A stretch of 64,000 bases of DNA from Eledone cirrhosa (Eukaryota). Shown piece after piece: positions 60,197 through 64,000 of the stretch; the first letter of the stretch is position 1, and every line of letters begins with the position of its first letter. The notes under the pieces are model-generated. The model was not told where the DNA came from and made no database searches. It was given only the letters and a program-made list of their open reading frames with translations. The stretch is from the NCBI GenBank assembly GCA_964016885.1, contig OZ024761.1, positions 27,032,001-27,096,000 of the forward strand, read 5' to 3'. The translations under genes were made by a program, and so were the position numbers.

Positions 60197-63100
60197 CTAT
60201 TTATTTGTATCTTTGTGTAACTAGAATTACAGGTGATTCGCCCCACCTCCAAGTAATTGATACTGTGACAAGACGGTTTCAGTTGGGTTTTATTCCAGAA
60301 TTAAAGCAACTGTAAATTGTAAATAAAATTATGAACGAAAACACTGTTGCAGCATACATATAAACTTTATTGGCATATTAGAATTGTTTCAATATCGATA
60401 TCTTTGGGTAGAATCATATATAGAAACAGAGATAGATTGATAGTGTGTGTGTTATTTTTCACCTGAAATCAATATGCAAGCTGGCCCTTGTGTCTTCATT
60501 TTAAAGCGACATATTTCTACCTCCCGGTGATTTGAACTCAGTTTCAAGTTACTCGATAGTATAATGAAGCAGAGAGACTATAAAAACGCTACACCGGTGG
60601 CATATTTAGTTTTACACCGGTACGACGTGCATGAAAGAGGTAATGTTTTATTTGTCTTCTGTGTTACAGGATAACACTAGTTTAATTTTTTTAATTTATC
60701 CTACATGTTTGTAATATATATTCTCAACATAGCTATGATTTTATCTCAATTAGTAATTTCAACACTTCGGAGGTTACTGCTCACATTTCATCTCTTCCAC
60801 TAAGACACTCTCCACAGACTTTCCTCTCCTCGTATCATCACCTAATGTTGTGTGAATCGCCACAAAGCCAAAGTTTCTCATTTCTAGCCCTTCTTGTCCA
60901 GAATGTCAGCTCCATGGAACTCCCTGTTTACTTCTTTCTGTAACAACAAGGTTTACAATACTTGAAGTACATTGAATTTGGTTTCGGTGTATCTATAATA
61001 AAAACAAACCCACCCCAAGCGTGTGTGTAAAATAAACGCAAGGTTTGACCGAACAAGAATATAAAATTTATTCCTTCTGACATTTACATCTTTTACATGG
61101 TATTATATTTTCATCATTACAGTGTCGAGAAAATGAAGTATCAGTAAAGAACTGGGATTATTGCTGGAATTATACTAAAATTAGAAAGAATTATATGAAG
61201 GGTTTTATGTACATTAAACAATAAAATGACTACTACACTTAACGACACTTTGATATTAATAGACATATTAGTCTTCATAGTAACTTAAGAGTTTACTAGC
61301 TAGTTCATTTATGTGTGTTTGTCTTATCTGTAAAGAGAGTTTGAAATGGTATGAAAAGGTGTTGAATTGAAGCATGTTTATTTATATGCTGATAGTCATA
61401 CCACGAGGGAGAGAAAAATAAAGCTTTAAATGGTATGACTACGTGTTCAAATTAAGCAAGTTTCTCATAGTATGAGGATAAAAAAAAATTAACGTTATAA
61501 TAAGTTGATTCGAAAGCCAACCACTGCATTCCCTAGTTCTATGTCTTACCACTAGACTATAAGGACCTAGACAATTTTTTTGTGAATCTATATCTATATA
61601 AACTTATTTTCAGTCTAACAATAAAATAGCTTTAAATGTGTTAATTTTCACTACATATTTGTTGGTCTGTAGGTGGGCGTGTGGGTAGTAGTGGTTTATC
61701 TATGCATGCTTTATGTATGTATAGATTTGGGGGTAGTGTTTCAATCTTCTTTATCTAAAATTAAAAGTATTTATATTTTTTTTTAAATTAAAAGAACGCT
61801 CTCTATCTTCTGGGCTACCCGGGGCCTCTATTATCTCGAAGCCACCTTCTTAGTTCCCCCTACGCCCGAACCTTCACTACCTAGCTACACAACCATTACC
61901 TACGATACAACATCACTTTACCACACGTCTACCAAGCTGCCGTAATTCTACTGTGCAAATTTGATATATTTAAATCTAATTTAGCATTTCTTCATTGAAG
62001 AACCATTTAGGGTTTACGGCATAAGCGAAAAAAAAAATATTTACTATTTCATTAGCTCTGGCAGGTATCGAAAACCTCATATATAGATTCATTTTAATTT
62101 CACCTACGTCAGAATCACGCATACATATTATTAATTTAAAAAAAAAAAAAAAAAATCATTTTCAGCGACAAAATACATACCTCCACTCGAGATATGTGTG
62201 TGTGTGTGTGTGTGTGTGTTTGTGTATATTTTTATTATTATTCTGAACTGTAGTTTTAATTAAAAAAATATATATTATACTATTTCCTGTGTCCTCGCAG
62301 ATATTGCAACTACATCTCTCTAGATTCATTTAAATACATTGCATTTGACTTACGTGAAATTAAGTATCATATAATTACTTTTTCAAATTTTGTTTTCAAG
62401 TATCAAAATAAAAATACATTAGTAAGGTTTTCCACCTCATAAATGTGTGGTGGTTATAGACACTTAACTATTGTTATAGGGCTGTCGTATTTACAACTAT
62501 GTGGGCATCTAATCCTTCCATCCTGCTGGTCTAAAAACAGCCAATTTATTTTTCCAGAGAGAGACATTTATTATGACTTTAAACGCTAATTTTTCACTTC
62601 ACTTACGATTCCTTTTTCCTCTCTTTAGATTGAATAAACAAAACCCTTTTCCGTCTACAATTATATTCAACGTAGCTCATATCAGTCTTCACAGTAAAGA
62701 TTTTGCTACATCTCATTCAAGCTGGTATGATAGTAACCACAAAGTAAAGTGTTTAGCTCAACATTTATTCCGTAGTAAGTGTCATAAGAAAGGTTTGTCT
62801 GTCTAAAAACCTAACAAGTAGATTTCAAATTTATTGCTAATTAAACAAAAGTTTAAAATAATCCATATTAAAGCCACAACCATTTATTATCTACGTCTCA
62901 CCCGAAGAAAAAAAACGATCAAATTATTACGAGGAGTGTAGACAGATGGATAAAGCTAATAAACAATTAATTTATACATATGCATGTACGTATTGTGTTT
63001 AAATATACTCCAACACAGACGGTGCCTACGAAAAACATAACATTACCGCCTATGAACAAATTTTGGCGTAATACTTACTAAATCTATTTTACCATTTGCT

Positions 63101-64000
63101 TAATGAACAAGCACATACATTGTTTGATATAATGAAAAAAAAAATATATATATATATACATATTACTATTTCATAAGCTCTGGCAGGTATCGAAAACCTC
63201 ATATATAGATTTATTTTAATTTCACTTACGTCGAAAACATATACATAATTATTTTTTTATAATTTATCGATTGGGTTTCCAATCTCAGAAATATCTCCAC
63301 TAGAGATGTGTGTGTTTCTCTTTATTATTCCTTTGAAATGATTTTTAGTCCTGGTAGATGTTGAAATCCCATCAATAGATTCATTTAAATATATTTTATT
63401 TGACTTACGTGAATTTAAAAAATGATATAATTTTCTTTAAAATTTTCCTTTCCAGTACAAAAATAAAAATACATTAGTATGTATTTCAGTCACACAAATG
63501 CGTTGGTTTCATAGACACTTAACTATTGTTGCAGGGATGCCGTAAATAGCGTCATGTGGGCATTTATACTACCCGGTTGAGACAATCCCAGCCTCCTAGT
63601 ATACAAATAGCCGATTAATTTTGCGAGAGAGAAAGAGATACTTTTATTATGTCTTTAAACGTTACTTTTGCGATTGAACTTTTCCTTTTTCCTCCCTTTA
63701 GACTGAATAAACCCAAACATTTTACGGCTACAATTCTATTCAACATTACGATATCTGCTTCAATCTGTTATTGGTGTGGTGGAGGAGTAGAACACAAAAT
63801 AAAATGTCGAGTTAATTATTTACTCCGTAAAAAGTGTCAAACGGTGGCACACTGGTATAAGATTTGGTGGTATAAACAAACTAACAAATAGATTTCAAAT
63901 TTATCGGCAGCTAAACAAAACTTTAAAATAAGCAATAATGAAGACAATTCAGACCAAATCTCACTTCCATATTAGCCTTTCAATTCAGTAGACCCTAATT
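57185..64000. repeat. Repeat unit copy 9 (truncated by the window end)
   Basis: Direct comparison. Confidence 0.97.

Overview
AT-rich eukaryotic DNA, probably from an octopus or other coleoid cephalopod; the basis is a 5'-truncated tRNA-type SINE resembling the common Octopus SINE, recognised from memory. The whole window is a head-to-tail tandem array of a ~7.1-kb unit: 8 complete copies plus most of a 9th, starting at 1, 7224, 14463, 21592, 28707, 35836, 42955, 50074 and 57185. I find no convincing protein-coding gene, and the ORF track is mostly microsatellite or AT-rich noise. Each unit carries four diverged copies of a small cassette, two on the minus strand (A, B) and two on the plus strand (C, D), arranged divergently. 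Each cassette has a ~26-bp upstream element at a near-fixed -63..-38 position (PSE-like) and a TATA or TATA-like box. These are followed by an ungapped 27-nt block (consensus ACCGKTRRYWTWWTTAGYKTTACAYCG), a GTA triplet in 3 of 4 cassettes, and a U-rich ..TTTG(G) tract. This resembles an amplified cluster of snRNA-type small RNA genes with spliced-leader-like architecture (36 cassettes in the window); that reading is inference, not demonstrated. The unit also contains two older internal duplications and a decayed LINE 3' fragment. The array records concerted evolution: a copy-specific SINE with a 12-bp TSD, conversion tracts, and an ancestral haplotype segment in copy 8.
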